Assembly: GCA_951406725.2 (NCBI GenBank)
Contig: OX597817.1
Location: 106,082,001-106,146,000 of the forward strand
Source: Octopus vulgaris
Lineage: Eukaryota
Direction: 5' to 3'
Length of the DNA: 64,000 bases
Part shown: positions 25,576 to 38,814 of the stretch, piece after piece
Numbering within the stretch: the stretch's first letter is position 1
Layout of the letters: every line of letters starts with the position of its first letter
Notes under the pieces: model-generated
Told to the model about the DNA's origin: nothing
Database searches by the model: none
Seen by the model: only the letters and a program-made list of their open reading frames with translations
Translations under genes and position numbers: made by a program

Positions 25576-25865
25576 TATATATATATATATATATATATTA
25601 TTACCCTTGATTTGCTCTTATATAATGTGCTGTCAGCCTTATGATGTTGACATAGCAGTGCAACAACTTGGAGTGCGGATGCAGACAAATCTTCCTTTGT
25701 TTAATAGATATAGGTAGTGCCTCGCAAGGACTGAAATCACACCATACTAAGTTTTCTCATCGCGTAAGACGTTTTGAACAGCTCATAAGGTTAATTGATT
25801 TAACCTATTTAATGTAGAAATTTGAGAAGTGCTAATTAATTTCTGACGCAAGTGTATATATATAT

Positions 25866-26222
25866 ATTATATTAAATTAGAGACAAAACCACTATTAGGC
25901 AAATCAAACAATGAAAAACTTAAGCCAATACATAAGATTATTTAATTTATATTATTTAAATATATAACAAAATTATTAAAAGAATATAATTAATATCACA
26001 CTATGATCGTTTCATGGCTGCTAACTTCTTCAAATTTTCGAGTCACAGTCATTCATCAGGTGTTTTAAATATTTATCTTGGCGAGGTTTTCATTGTTTGA
26101 TTTGCCTAATAGTGATTTTGTCTCTAATTTAATATAATATAATATTTTACTATAAAATTGGATTCAATCCTAAATCTGATTTTTCCCTGTAAGTTTGGAT
26201 TAATTCCCTAATATTTATTATT
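25866..26222 (-). mobile_element. PLE-like pseudo-LTR with partial inverted duplication, between (TA)n tracts
   Basis: Arms 25868-25935 and 26073-26135 are reverse complements, and an HHR lies between them. Confidence 0.7.
25998..26063 (-). ncRNA. type I minimal hammerhead ribozyme motif
   Basis: Minus strand reads acac-CTGATGA-atgactg...cagccat-GAAAC-GATC-ATA-gtgt. Stem I is acac/gtgt with a palindromic GATC loop; the GTA triplet has probably CpG-decayed to ATA. Confidence 0.78.
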
Positions 26223-26257
26223 AAATATATATATATATATATATATATATTTATTAT

Positions 26258-26310
<53 letters not shown>

Positions 26311-26359
26311 GACAAGTTAAAATAATGGTCATTACATATAGTTCCTTTATCATAAATTT

Positions 26360-26471
26360 TGCTTACAGCTGTTTCCAGTAGTCATTATAGAGAGCTTTAC
26401 TCAATTGATATATTGATCAATTGAGGTAAATTGAGAGACTTAAGAAAATTAATGATACCTTCATCAGAGTC
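26360..26471 (-). ncRNA. type I minimal hammerhead ribozyme motif with long stem II
   Basis: Minus strand reads gact-CTGATGA-aggtatcatta...taatgactactg-GAAAC-AGCT-GTA-ag, with an internal hairpin ctcaattgat/atcaattgag. Confidence 0.72.
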
Positions 26472-27194
26472 GTCACTAGAAATAATGAACAGAGCACTTG
26501 AAGAATGGCTATTGTATGGGGAAAGTGGGGAAAGATTGGGATGTCTAAGTAGAAAAGGTAAAGGTCAGTTGCAATGGGACAGTAGCAACTGAGGGAGTGG
26601 TACTTAGTAGAAGTAGCAGTAGTAGTATGAGTAATAGTATTATTAGTAGTTGTAGTAGTAGGAGTATTAGGGACAGTCACAAACATAGGTCAGCAACATT
26701 ACCAATATGGTGGTAGTAGTACAAAATATTGAAATTTTACTAATATAATGTAGCCTATTTTAATGTTAAAAAATTGGATGCAAAACATTTTAAGTCTATA
26801 TTTTACTCCTCCATTTACTACAGAATCTGGTGAATGTTGATGTTAAAATGAGACACAATTATAAATGAACTTGATTAGAACTGTGACATTTGTGATTCAG
26901 AAATAACTGCTAATCAGACAAGTAAATCATTCTCTGCAACTAACTAAATTTATCTCTTGGACACATGGACTAATATTATTCAAACGCATCAGGGATTTCT
27001 ATTCTATCTTATTTCATTTCATTTCAATTCTTTTTATTTTATTTTATACATTGTTTCCATTTCATTTAAACAATTGAACTACAATGTTTCTATTAAATCG
27101 GCTACTTCCTCTGGCCAACAAACATATCTTGTGCTGACACTCATAGCAAAGTGAAAATAGTTAGCAATAACCGGTTTGTCTAACTTCCAGCCAA

Positions 27195-27266
<72 letters not shown>

Positions 27267-27958
27267 GTATTTGCATGTTTATAAATATACAAGCAAAAAC
27301 ACATTTTAATATATGTTTGCTAATGTATTTGGGTGCAGTATTCTTACATCCTAGTTAGACTTGTATTTTGGAAATTTTCATTTGTCTCTATTTACCAATA
27401 CCCTCTGCAAATGCTTAAGTAACCGCTATCTTCTTATTTGCTTAGGTGCATAAGAGGTGTGGCAACATTTCAAGTAGACTGACTGTAACTTGACACTTAC
27501 AATGTGCTAGATACGCTGCTAACAATGTGTATAGGTTGGGCTATAAAAGCTTCAAATGAATGTGATAGTTTGCTAAGAGCACTTAGACAATAATTTCACA
27601 TTTCCTAGGTGTTTAGATATCTGACATTGGTAGCTGAGACAGAACTAATGTTTGGTAGCTGAAATTGCTACTCCTTAAAGTTAGGTTGTTGTTGTTGTTT
27701 TTTTGGTGGGGTGGGGGTTGGCGTGTGCATATGTCACAAAGATGACTTGTAATATTTATGGATGGGAAGTATAGGTAAGCTAGAAGAAAATTGCCTGAAG
27801 AAAGAAAAGAACTTTGATTAGAATTTTATGAGAGAAATATAAATGAATCAAGGGAAATCCATCTGTTTGTGTGTATACATACTTTTGGAATTCTGCCCTT
27901 TCATATTACTTATGTCAGTAGTCACATCTTGTTTTCATACAATTTAAACATTAATGAA

Positions 27959-28048
<90 letters not shown>

Positions 28049-28061
28049 GAGAGACAGACAT

Positions 28062-28102
<41 letters not shown>

Positions 28103-28392
28103 TAAATAGATAGATAGATAGATAGATAGTAAGATAGTGAGAGAAGGAGAGAGAGAGAGAGAGAGAGAAAGGTTATTTTGACATTCACACCTTTTCAAGA
28201 GCATTAGTAAAGAAAAAGAAACAGTAAAAATTGGAAATTGGAATTGGGTTGAGAACATACTTTAATGCTAAAAGAGATAATTGTGATATGAAAGGTTAAC
28301 AGAACTGATTACAGGAGTATTGAGAACTGATGGTGTTATGTGTTTAGAGGTTGCTTTTTTTTAGAGTTATTACTGGAGTGAAGTTGTTAGAT

Positions 28393-29060
28393 GCATCATC
28401 ATTTAACGTATGTTTTCCAAGCTGACATGGGTTGGATAGTTTGATAGGAACTGGATAAATCAAAAGACTACACTAAGCTCTGCTGTCTGTTTTGGCATGG
28501 TTTCTACAGCTTGATGTCCTTCCTAACATCAACCATTTTACAGAGTGTACTAGGTGCATTTTACATGGTGCCAGCAGCAGTGAGGTGGTCACCAAGTAAC
28601 TTGCGAGATGACCCCTCAAGTAAGGTGGAGAGTCATATTGAAGGACCGAAAAAGGTGGAAGCCCCAGGTGGGGAGAGAGAGAGAAAAGATGGTGGTAATG
28701 AGACAGTGGAAGGTGGGGGTCATCCCCTCCATCCCACCCAAGTTACAAGGAGGTTTATATAGTGAAGTGGACGAAGAGATTGTAAAGGATGAGTGGGTGC
28801 ATGGGTGGGTGAGTAAGTTCATGAGATTGTCAAAAGAGAGTAGAGTATGGATGGTGGATGGAATGCAGTGTAACAGGTAGGGGGAGGGGTATCAGGAGGA
28901 TATGTATGGTATGAGGAAAAGATTCAATTGGGACAAACTGTGTGCAGGTAGGTTTGTTGGGAGAGAGTGGGAGATAAAAGGGAGGGGAGCACACCGGTTG
29001 GTGTGTTCGAGGATGGGGATGTGTTGGAAGGTGGGTAGTGGGGCAAATAGAAGGAATAAA
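28393..29060 (-). mobile_element. non-coding element with RTE-type 3' tail
   Basis: catcatcatttaacgtatgttttcc..catgggttgga is followed by a purine-rich plus strand, as at 9441-10140. Confidence 0.55.
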
Positions 29061-30523
29061 GATAAAATTCTTTATGAACCAATGAAAGGACTGTTATATC
29101 ACCGCTCACCCTGCTAGAAAGAGTAACCAAATCTCTTCAAATCACACCCTGCTGTCTTAAAAAATAATGGCAAAAACTAATATGATAATGGGCACATTAT
29201 TTCTAAAAAAAATTAATGCCTTTAATCATAGGTCTGCTCGATGGGTGCCAATTTAAGGTTGAACATTATTAACAGCAAAAACAAGGAGCTTCTTACACAG
29301 TCTTAGAAGTGAAACAAATAAGTAAATAAAACATTCCAGAAGTTTGAACAGAAGGTTTTAGTAAATTATCAAAATATAGAAATATTTGCAATGAACAAAA
29401 GATAGGCTGGATTGACTCCCTTAATAAAAAAATTGGAAAGATTATGTCAGAGTACACACCCCAGAAACTAGATTACTTTCACCTGTCTATAGATACATTG
29501 ATCTTTCTCCGTGTTTTCTCAATCTAAGAACAAGTGACAGGTATCAAATATATAATAAAAGAGGATGGCCTTTATGTGGTAATTCAATCTGCCAGAAATA
29601 ACAAGCAAATCTCCCTCAAATCACACTTTATTGTGTTAGAAGAAAAAGGCATTGGATACAAAAGTCTTAGATACACACTTTTGATACCAACTTGTCTGAA
29701 ACTGGCTTTGGGTCTATGATACAAATTTCTTGTTTTAAAGTGATCTAAATTAAAACATTCCGTCAAGATTTCACGTTCATTTCTGATCTAAGCACCAAAG
29801 TTATTTTAATAAATTTTTAATTATTTTCAAAATCAATTAAAACAAAGGTATTTTATTTCAATAGAAATATAGTAACAAAAGGGTTAGAAGGTGAGCTTGT
29901 AGCAGCTGGAATGCCTTTGATCATAGGCCTGCTCAGTCAGAGGTGAAACAATAACACAAAGGGCCTATTATATAAAAGAAACAGAGACTATTAATTCCAA
30001 GCTACTTAAGTGTGATAGAAAATGCCTATTGTACTTCAGAGCATATATCTCCACACATCAAATATCTCCAAGATGTCATTATCCATCCTATGTGATTAGA
30101 AAGAAAAGAGATTATTTAACTTTATAGAAGAATGATTCTGATGGAAAGAAAAAGAGCTAAGTGGGCATTGTATTGAATCATTGGTTCATGGCTTGTAAAC
30201 TGAAAGCTGCTGCAAATATTTCATTTCATTTTAGAAGCGGTATACTTTGGTTTACATGTGTCAGTGAGAGTGTCACTATATGGTCATTCATCTTGCTAAA
30301 AATAGCAGTCAAATCTCTCTCAAATCAATGACATTCTATCATTGTTAAAGAAAAAAGAGAAAGCCATATTAGTTAATAGTCTATAGGATACAATGCTTCA
30401 AAAAAGTGGGACAGAATGTCTTTTATTCTAGCTATAACTGTCTACTTTGTTGATGCTGAATTGGGACTAAGCAACGATAAAAACAACAATAATAGTAACA
30501 ACAACTTTATTATTCTAATTTAG

Positions 30524-30746
30524 TAAATCTTTTAGCATTCACATTATTCTGTCGAAAGTAATGCTTATTTATTCACATTTTAAACTAATCTTGCATTACC
30601 TTGTAACTTTGAGATTCTGATGATGTGATTATTTTTTAGAATAACATTGTAGGGTAGGTATGAGAGACTGAATTTGGCCAGTTTGAACATAAAACAGTTA
30701 GAATATTTTGGGATGCTTATGGCCAGTTTACATGCTAAAAAGGTTA
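30524..30746 (+). mobile_element. piggyBac-type MITE
   Basis: ctttagcattc...gctaaaaagg|ttaa. Homologous to 24090-24664 without the SINE. Confidence 0.75.
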
Positions 30747-30929
30747 ATCCTAATCATGTAGAAATTCTCCTCACTTTCGCTTCTTTCTTTTGACAAAAGA
30801 AACATCTTTACTTTATTAGAACATTTAAATACAAAGAATAGGAAAGAAGAGAGATAAGAAAGGAAAAGAGAAAAGGTGGGGAGCAGGGGGTAAAGCAGAA
30901 GAAGATGGAGGGAAGAGGAGGTGGTGGAC

Positions 30930-31270
30930 CACATAGCCCAGAACAAATGATGTGCTCAGCTGTGACATGCAGTACTGACCATAATGATGTTGCTGCAGAG
31001 AATGGCCAGCAGCACTCACTGAAGCAGCCATTCCACCATGTGGGGGCCCATTTTTCCAATGGATCTCCATTATCCCTATTTTGTGGTGGAAATCAGTAAT
31101 ACAGGGTCCAGCACACCTGATATCTCGATACAACTGACACAACTGGTAGCAACTAGCCATGCCCCTGTATTTATTGATTATTCTCTTCTCCACATTACAA
31201 GCATCATCATCCGGGTTCATTTCTCGAAGTGCCAAATCTAAGTCATACTTTTAAAAAGTCCCTTGGAAAC
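30930..31270 (-). mobile_element. CRE-clade non-LTR retrotransposon, restriction-like endonuclease C-terminal remnant
   Basis: Across frameshifts it reads EKRIINKYRG..VSV/IEISGVLDP...WLLQ*VLLAILCSN. This matches the EKRKxxKY...FVPVAIETxG...LFQRLSLAIQRGN pattern. Confidence 0.7.
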
Positions 31271-31799
31271 TTAGAAACCTGACCCATTAAAGTAGCAAAT
31301 TAACAAGGGTAGCAAAGTTGGCTAAATTAGTGAACTGGCTGAGTTGTTAGAGCATTTGATAGAATACCTTGTGATGCTATTTGTTCTGACCCTTTATACT
31401 TTAAGTTCAAATCTCACCGAGGGCAACATTGCCTTCCACCCTTTCAGGGTTGATAAAATAATGAAACAATTGAGGGCTATGTACTGTAGGAATTGTAAGA
31501 ACATTAGTCTGGACATCTTATAGTATTTGCTCCAGTTCTTTGTGTTCTGAGCTCAAATCCCACCTTGGTCTACATGCGTCACAGACTTTAATAAGTCTCT
31601 CAGTTTAACACCACCACCACCTGGCAGCTTTGGTGCTTTTAGTGGAGTCCACTGTGTTGCTAGCAATCAGACAAGGTCTCCTTCCTTCCATCTGTCTCAT
31701 GGTGTCTGTAAATGTCATGGGCAATGACTTTCCTCAAAACTAAAAATATAAAACAAAAACAAAAAACATTCAACTTTACAACTAAGGAACTGACACAAG

Positions 31800-31975
31800 C
31801 AATCATCATCATCAACTTCATCATCATCACCACCACCACCACCACCACCACCACCACCATCATCTCCACCACCACCACCATCATCTCCACCCCCACCATC
31901 ATCTCCACCACCACCATCATCATCATCATCATTATCAGCAGCAGCAGCAGCATCAATTGTTATCATCAGCATTAT
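31800..31975. repeat. compound (CAT/CAC/CAG)n trinucleotide repeat
   Basis: Direct observation. Confidence 0.95.
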
Positions 31976-32739
31976 GAATTGTCATCCTCATTATCATTGT
32001 TATCATCAACATCATGTTTTGAGAAATTACGAATATTCTTATGATAGAATATAAATAGAATTCTGTATATTTGCACTGAGAAGTTCTATATTTAAAAATC
32101 TACTCTGTACAAATACAACAGACCAAATATTATATTATCAAATTAAGGACACAAAATGTACGCTCTATTATGGTGGGGTTAGCTGACAATGACTGTTCTA
32201 TCTATCGTCTTGAAGAAGGAGAACACACATAGAAAATTATGATGTAACCTATAGCCTTTTCTAACCTGATTATAGATTCTCATTCATAAAATCTTGGTTC
32301 ACTAGATTCTGTTACAAAGGCTTATGAAGTAACCTAGAAATACAGGAGTTCTGTAGAAATGAACAGGAAAGACTGACTTTCTTATAAGGCTATTCAACAA
32401 ATGGAACACTAAAAATTTGTAAATCATTCTCCATTTAATTTCACATTCATCTATTGTATGCATTCATGCAGAAGTATATAAATACCAAGAACTGCCTTAA
32501 CCCTAGCATTAGGAATTTTATTAGCAATCATATTCTGTTGCAAAAGAAAAAAAGGAAAAACAAAAAAAACATGAAATGTATATTAAAATAGATATAATAG
32601 CAGTTAAATTTCATGACTTTAGTTGTAATTTTTTTTTTTCAGTAAGCAGCTAACATATCTTTCTACCTTCTGATTATTTCCTTCTTCTTAAGATCTGCAT
32701 TTATATGTTGGCAAAAATTTGCCAACTCACTCAATCATG

Positions 32740-32875
32740 CATGCATGCATACATACATACATACATACATACATACATACATAAATACATACATACATAC
32801 ATACATACATACATACATACATACATACATACATACATACATACATACATACATACATACATTCATACATACATA
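32740..32875. repeat. (ACAT)n microsatellite
   Basis: Direct observation. Confidence 0.97.
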
Positions 32876-35800
32876 GCAGAAAAAGCAACTGAAAAGAAGG
32901 GAGTCTGGGGATGTGCTGAGCAATTGTTAATCAACAAAACTGTAATGTCAGAGGTGCAGGAGCATAGCAGGAACCTAGTTTCAATGTGGCTAAACTACAA
33001 GAAAGCCTTTGACTGTGTGCCCCACTCTTGAATGCTAGAAGCCCTTCAACTTTCTAAAGTTCCAGTGAAAGCCATAGCTGACCTGACTGCATCGTGGGCC
33101 ACTATCTTGAAATTAAACACAAGGAGTGACTGTATTTTCACTGACAGAATACAGTATCCCAGAGGCATATTCCAAGGGGACACCCTCTCTGTGATGTTGT
33201 TTATATTTTCTATAAGCTCCTTGTCATGTTAAGGAAGTCTGAAGAATATCTCACTGGTCCATAAGGAAACAGAAATACCAAAATTACACACTGTTTCTTT
33301 GTGAATGAGTTGAAAGTATATGCAAAGAATATGCATGAGATGAAAAAGAGCCTTGACCTGGTTACAACATTCTCAAAAGATTTAGGGATGGAGTTTGGTC
33401 AGGATAAATGTTGCTATATGGTTGTGGAAAGAGGGGAAACTGTAAGCTAGACTAGCAACATCATCAATGACTTAACAGTTTCCCCCATATCTTATGAGGA
33501 ATGTATCTAGGGGTGGACGAAAACACATCTTACAATGGCACCTGTAACAAAACAGGTGCCATTGTAAAGAATATTATAGCCAAATAAAGAAAGTTTAGAC
33601 CTCAGAACTCACTGCATTCAATAAAACAGTGGCCCACAATGTGTTTGCAGGGCCAGTACTCATACCAGCATTTGGACTGCTTGTTTGGATGCTTGATGAG
33701 ATCCAGGCCATTGATGTGAAAACCCCAAAAATACTAACAAGCACACATAATTTCCACATAAACACTGACATAGACTGCCTCTACCTAAAATGAAAATAAG
33801 GCAGCAGAGGCTTAACATTGATCCAAAATATCTTTGAATGTCACATCATATCTCTTTGGTAACATCTTTTAACCACCACATGTCAAAGTGCATGCCTTGA
33901 CCAAGTTTACATACATGAGGCTGATGACATTGGCGGCAGCATCATTGTTGTTCAGGTCACTGCTTGGAATCAAACTCAGAATCTTGGTGTTAGCAGCCTG
34001 CGCTCTTAACCACTATGCCATATGCCCGTGGGCAATTATGGAGTGAATTTTTAGGGCTTATAAATCTAATATTTTCCTATCCATCCTTAATACCAGTTCT
34101 CATATACTGCTCATATCTCAGTTTGCTTAGGAGGTTGTTATATCCTAGCATATGTGCTGCTTCTTTTAGTTTTCGTATTTTCCAGTGGTGTTCTCTGTCT
34201 ATTATTTTAACTTCATCCCACAGGGGGAAGTAGTCTCCATTTTGCCATACATAATCAGCTATACCCAATTTATTAATATCTCCTCATGTCACAGCTTTGT
34301 AATGTTTGTCTACCCTTATTTTGAGGGGTCGGCATGTTTCGCCTTTGTATAACCTACCACAACTGCATGGGATGGAGTACATGCAATCTTTGGTCATATT
34401 CTCTTTTATTGGTGGTTTTACTCAAAGGAGATATTTGCGAAGTGTTGTATTACTCTTGAATACTGTCATGATGTCTTATGGGCCACATATCTTTTGTATC
34501 TTTTCAGAGAGGCCTTTCACCAAGGGTAGACAGACTGTGGACAGTTTATTGGCCTCATCCTCTCTCTTCTTCATAATTGGAGTGGGTAGTATACTTTTGG
34601 GGTAGTTGTTGCCTGACAGATCATTTCTTCGTGGTGTGTATCACGATCACTACTTATATTATTTGCATGATGTTTTAGGCACTGAGCAATCTCTCTCTTT
34701 ACACTGTATGGATGGTGGGAATTGAAGTTGAGGTATCGTCCAGTAAAGGCTGGCTTGCGGTATACGGATGTCCTGAATCCATACTTGGTGCTTGTTATTA
34801 ATATGTCCAGGAATGCCAGCTGATTGTCTGTTTCCTTTTCCATTGTGAACTGCATGGATGGCTTTATTGAGTTCACATGATCTAACAGAACTTGGACATC
34901 TTCCTGGTGGGTCCAGAGTATGAAGGTGTCATCAACATATTGTAGCTATAATGTTGGTTTTAGTGATGTTGAACCTAAAGCCAAATTCTCAAAGTATTCC
35001 ATGTATATATTGGCTCTTACCGATGATAATGCTGAACCCATAGCTAAACCCTCCTCTTGTTGATATATATCAGTGTCCATACTGAAGTAGGTACTTTGGT
35101 GAACAGGCTTATCACATCTAGACTCACCATCTGGTTGGATTCAATGGGAGTATCCTTGATTAATTCTGTGAAGTGGATGGAATTTATCACGTATGATGTT
35201 GATTTTCCTGCTAATGGACTGATTATATCCACAAGGAAGCAGCTCAGTGGATGACATGCTGAACCTCTACAGCTCACTATAGGTCTTAATGGAATACCAT
35301 CCTTGTGTATCTTAGGGAGAACGTACATGTGTGGTAGTTTACTGTGGTGTTGAGTCAGTTGTCTGTGGTTCATTGGTGTAAAGTGATCCTTTTTTTTTAT
35401 CTAAATCTGTGACAACTTCCTCTCTGTTTTCAGAGATGGGTTTTTCTTTTCTTTGCTGTAGCTACCACCACTTATGAGACTTGCCAACTTTTCAGAGTAG
35501 TCAGACTTGTTCATCACCACTGTAGCATTTGCCTTATCTGCTGGAAGTATTATCATGGAATTGTCACTCTGTAGTCCTTTGATAGCAAACCTTTCTTCCT
35601 TAGTGATGTTTGGTTTAGGAGGTTTTGCTTTTTTCTAGTACCTGTCTCACTTTCCACCTTAGTTCATCTCCCTGAGCTTTTGGTATCTTTACAGCTATCT
35701 CTCCAATAGGGGCTATTATGTCCAAGTATGGAATACACTTGATGGTTGTCACAAAGTTGAGATCTTTGTTCAGCACTGCTTCTTCATAGCTTTCTAGATG

Positions 35801-36100
35801 TTGGCTACTTACATTAATTACTGCTTTCACTGGTGGGTGGCAGATTTCAGTCTTCATCCTCTAACCTTTGAGTTTCATAAACTTCTTAATATGGTATGTC
35901 TTCACCATTTCAAATTCTTTCATGTACGACTTATCGTAAATAATGTAAAAAATGTAAATAATGTACATAATTCCTCATCTCTTAAATATAGTACTGCCTG
36001 TTGTTGATGTTGAAATTCCAATGAAGGAGCCTTGGATGTGGGTTAGAAACTAGCTCTTTCTCTATTGGCAAGAAATCTTGAAATAAAACTGAATAATGAC
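32875..36100 (+). mobile_element. R4/Dong-clade LINE, 5'-truncated, interrupted by a PLE (33951-35996)
   Basis: RT motifs GCAEQLLIN, WLNYKKAFDCVPHS, RGIFQGDTLS and GMEFGQDKC. The putative 3'UTR is 35997-36100. Confidence 0.8.
33951..35996 (-). mobile_element. Penelope-like element (Penelope/Poseidon-type): decayed RT plus GIY-YIG, tRNA-like 3' segment, inverted tail at 5' end
   Basis: Motifs LPKIHKDGIPLRPIVS, SLDVISLFTKVP, FTMEKETDNQLAFLDI, SVYRKP..YLNFNSHHP and YSIPCSCGRLYKGET...RKLKEA. The inverted tail is 35936-35996. Confidence 0.93.
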
Positions 36101-36709
36101 ATACATATGTACACACACACAACAGGCTTCTTTCAATTTTATTCAACTAAATCCACCCAAAAAGCTTTGGTTGACTCAGGGCAATAGCAGAAGACACTTC
36201 CCAAGATTTCATGCATAGAGACTGAACTCAAATTTACATGGTTGGTAAGCACACTTCTTAACCACTCACCAAAGCCAAACACTAACTTAACTGTCTGTTT
36301 TCATTCAGATAGGATTCCAGATTAATTAACCTCTGTGATTTAAAATCAATTATACAATTACCAATTCTGAAGACTCTTTACATTCAATATTGGTCAATAC
36401 TATCCAATCAATTCTCAAAAAAGAAAGAAAGAAAGAAAAAGAAAAACAATTCTATTCTAATAAACAAGCCATTTTATTAACATATCCAATTTAGATGGTT
36501 TATGCTGTTGCTATTTTTATTTAACCCCATAACAGCACTGATTAAGCAGACTTGTGTTCAGAACACTCCATCTATGCCCATTCTGCCTTCATTTGTTGCC
36601 AAAGTGTTTCTAGGACTACAATATTTAATATAGCCCTAATTGTGCTTCAGCTCTTCTCACTGTCAAAGCAAATTTCCTTTCCAAAGGCACATGTGTGGCT
36701 GTGTTGTGG

Positions 36710-36867
36710 TGGGCATGGCTACATGATAAGAAGTTTGCTTCCCAACCACATGGTTCTGGGTTCAGTCTTACTGTTTGGTACCTTGGGCAAGTGTCTTCTA
36801 CTACAGCCCTGGACCCACTCAAACCTTGTGATTGGATTTGGTAGACAGAAACTGAAAGAAGCCTGTC

Positions 36868-36918
<51 letters not shown>

Positions 36919-36920
36919 TG
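36710..36920 (+). mobile_element. SINE family S1, 5' half
   Basis: aagaagtttgcttcccaaccacatggttctgggttcagtc..ccttgggcaagtgtcttct. Confidence 0.8.
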
Positions 36921-36922
36921 TG

Positions 36923-37235
36923 CCATTGAAACCATGGACTTGAGTACTGCAGTATTGTTCTGGTGAAACAAGACCCCGTTTGTCAGTTTATAAGTTGGCA
37001 TAGTACTCCCCATTGATTGTGTGACCCTCTTCAACATACTCAATAAACACAGTGCCTTTTGCATCTGAAAAAACTGAGGCCATCACCTTCGTTACAGAAG
37101 AAACACCCTTCCTAACCTGCTCCAAAGAGCAAGTTATGAGGAGTATTTCCACTGCATGAACTGTCTCTTTGTCTCTGGCTCAAAGTGATGAACCAAACAC
37201 TCATCCTGGGTCAGAAAACATTCAAGAAAACCAGA
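36923..37235 (-). mobile_element. mariner transposase internal remnant
   Basis: Translates as FLTQDECLVHHFEPETKRQFMQWK...KVMASVFSDAKG...GHTINGEYYANL...GVLFHQNN. Confidence 0.85.
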
Positions 37236-37889
37236 TACATCCTTTCTAATATATATATCATCATCATCATCATATATGTATATATATATTTATGTATGTA
37301 TGCAAGTAGTGGAAGCACATGACCTAGTGGTTAGAGCAGTGGACACGCGGTTGAAGGATCACAGGTTCAAATCTCAGACCGAGCAATGTGTGTGTTTATG
37401 AGCAAAACACCACAACTGTCTCTCACTCTTTTCTCCTGCATCTTGCAGCTCACCTGTGATGGACTGGCGTCCCATCCAGGTGGGGAACCTATACACCAAG
37501 GAAACCAGAAAACTGGCCCTATGAGCCAGGCATGGCTCAAGAAAGAACAAACAACAATGTATGCATGTATGTATATATGTATGTATATACGTTTGTATGA
37601 ATGTATATATGCATACAAATATATATACATATATATATTTGTATGCATATGTGGATAACAGTGTGTGTATGTTTGTGTCTTCTTCTTTTGACATCATGTG
37701 TTAGCCATAAAATGATTGTCAGTCATACAAGCAGTGTTATTCATTTCCAGTATTCTTATTATCTTGCTTAGAAATAGGTGCAGGTTGGGGACAAGAAGGG
37801 CATCCAACCATAGAAAAGTCTGCCTCAATTATTTTCATCTAACACATTCAAGCATAGGAAAGTAGGCATTAAAATGGTGGTGGTGGTGG

Positions 37890-37953
<64 letters not shown>

Positions 37954-38444
37954 GCAATATATGCCAAATATTACCAAATTTCTCTGTGCATCTTGATTTT
38001 GACAGTATTTTTATCAAATACTATTTAATACTGATTAATATATTCTAAAAAATTCCTAGCTGTATTTGACATCTAATATTGCACTTTTACAGAAAGCAGC
38101 ATTAAGTATTTTAGTATTTCATTTTCTGGATTTGAAGCACTGCTATTCATTTTAACCTTCTCCTTAAATCCGCTTATTTCCAAGATGATTTTGTAATAAT
38201 TAGCAATTTTTGTTCTTGCTTTTCTTTTTAAAATTGCTAATTATTTTACCATATATATATACATGCATTCTAAACAAAGCCCTGTTTTCAATACATAAGC
38301 CTGAAATGTTCCTCTGAGGCAAATTATTACAGCTAATGCTATTTCACATTAGTTTACATTCTGTAAATGTTATATACACCAGTATGACATGTCAATTTTT
38401 TTTTTTTCGGAACAGTTGATCTCAAAGCAGATGAAGCTATAAAT

Positions 38445-38660
38445 AATTCTTTCTTGTATAAGCACAAGGCCTGAAATTTTGGAGCAATGGCAAGGCAGAG
38501 GGCTAGTCAATTGCATCAAGCCCTGTGTTCAACTGGTACTTGAAAATGATGAATGGCAAAGTTGACCTTGATGGAATTTGAACTCAGAACATAAACCTGA
38601 AAGAAATGTTGCTAAGCATTTTTCCCAGGATGCTAATGATTCTGTCAGCTCACCACCTTA
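38445..38660 (-). mobile_element. SINE family S3 (Nin/Deu-domain-like)
   Basis: Reverse complement reads aaggtggtgagctgacagaatc..ttctgagttcaaattcc..gtcaactttgcc. Confidence 0.75.
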
Positions 38661-38667
38661 AATATAC

Positions 38668-38814
38668 ATTGGATTAAAAATCCCTTTAGATAGAAAAGGC
38701 GGAAAGCCACCAGTAGGACAGTTGGACTTTCTTATACATGTTCATAGTAGATGTTGGCTTGAATCTCATGGGCAGCCTTCAGATTTTTCTATCTAAAGGA
38801 ATCTCTAACCCAAT
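38668..38814. mobile_element. small hairpin MITE
   Basis: attggattaaaaatccctttagatagaaaa versus the reverse complement of the other end, attgggttagagattcctttagatagaaaa. Confidence 0.75.

Noticed and set aside
31715-31972. Gly/Asp-rich ORF
   Set aside because: It is a product of the (CAC/CAT)n repeat.
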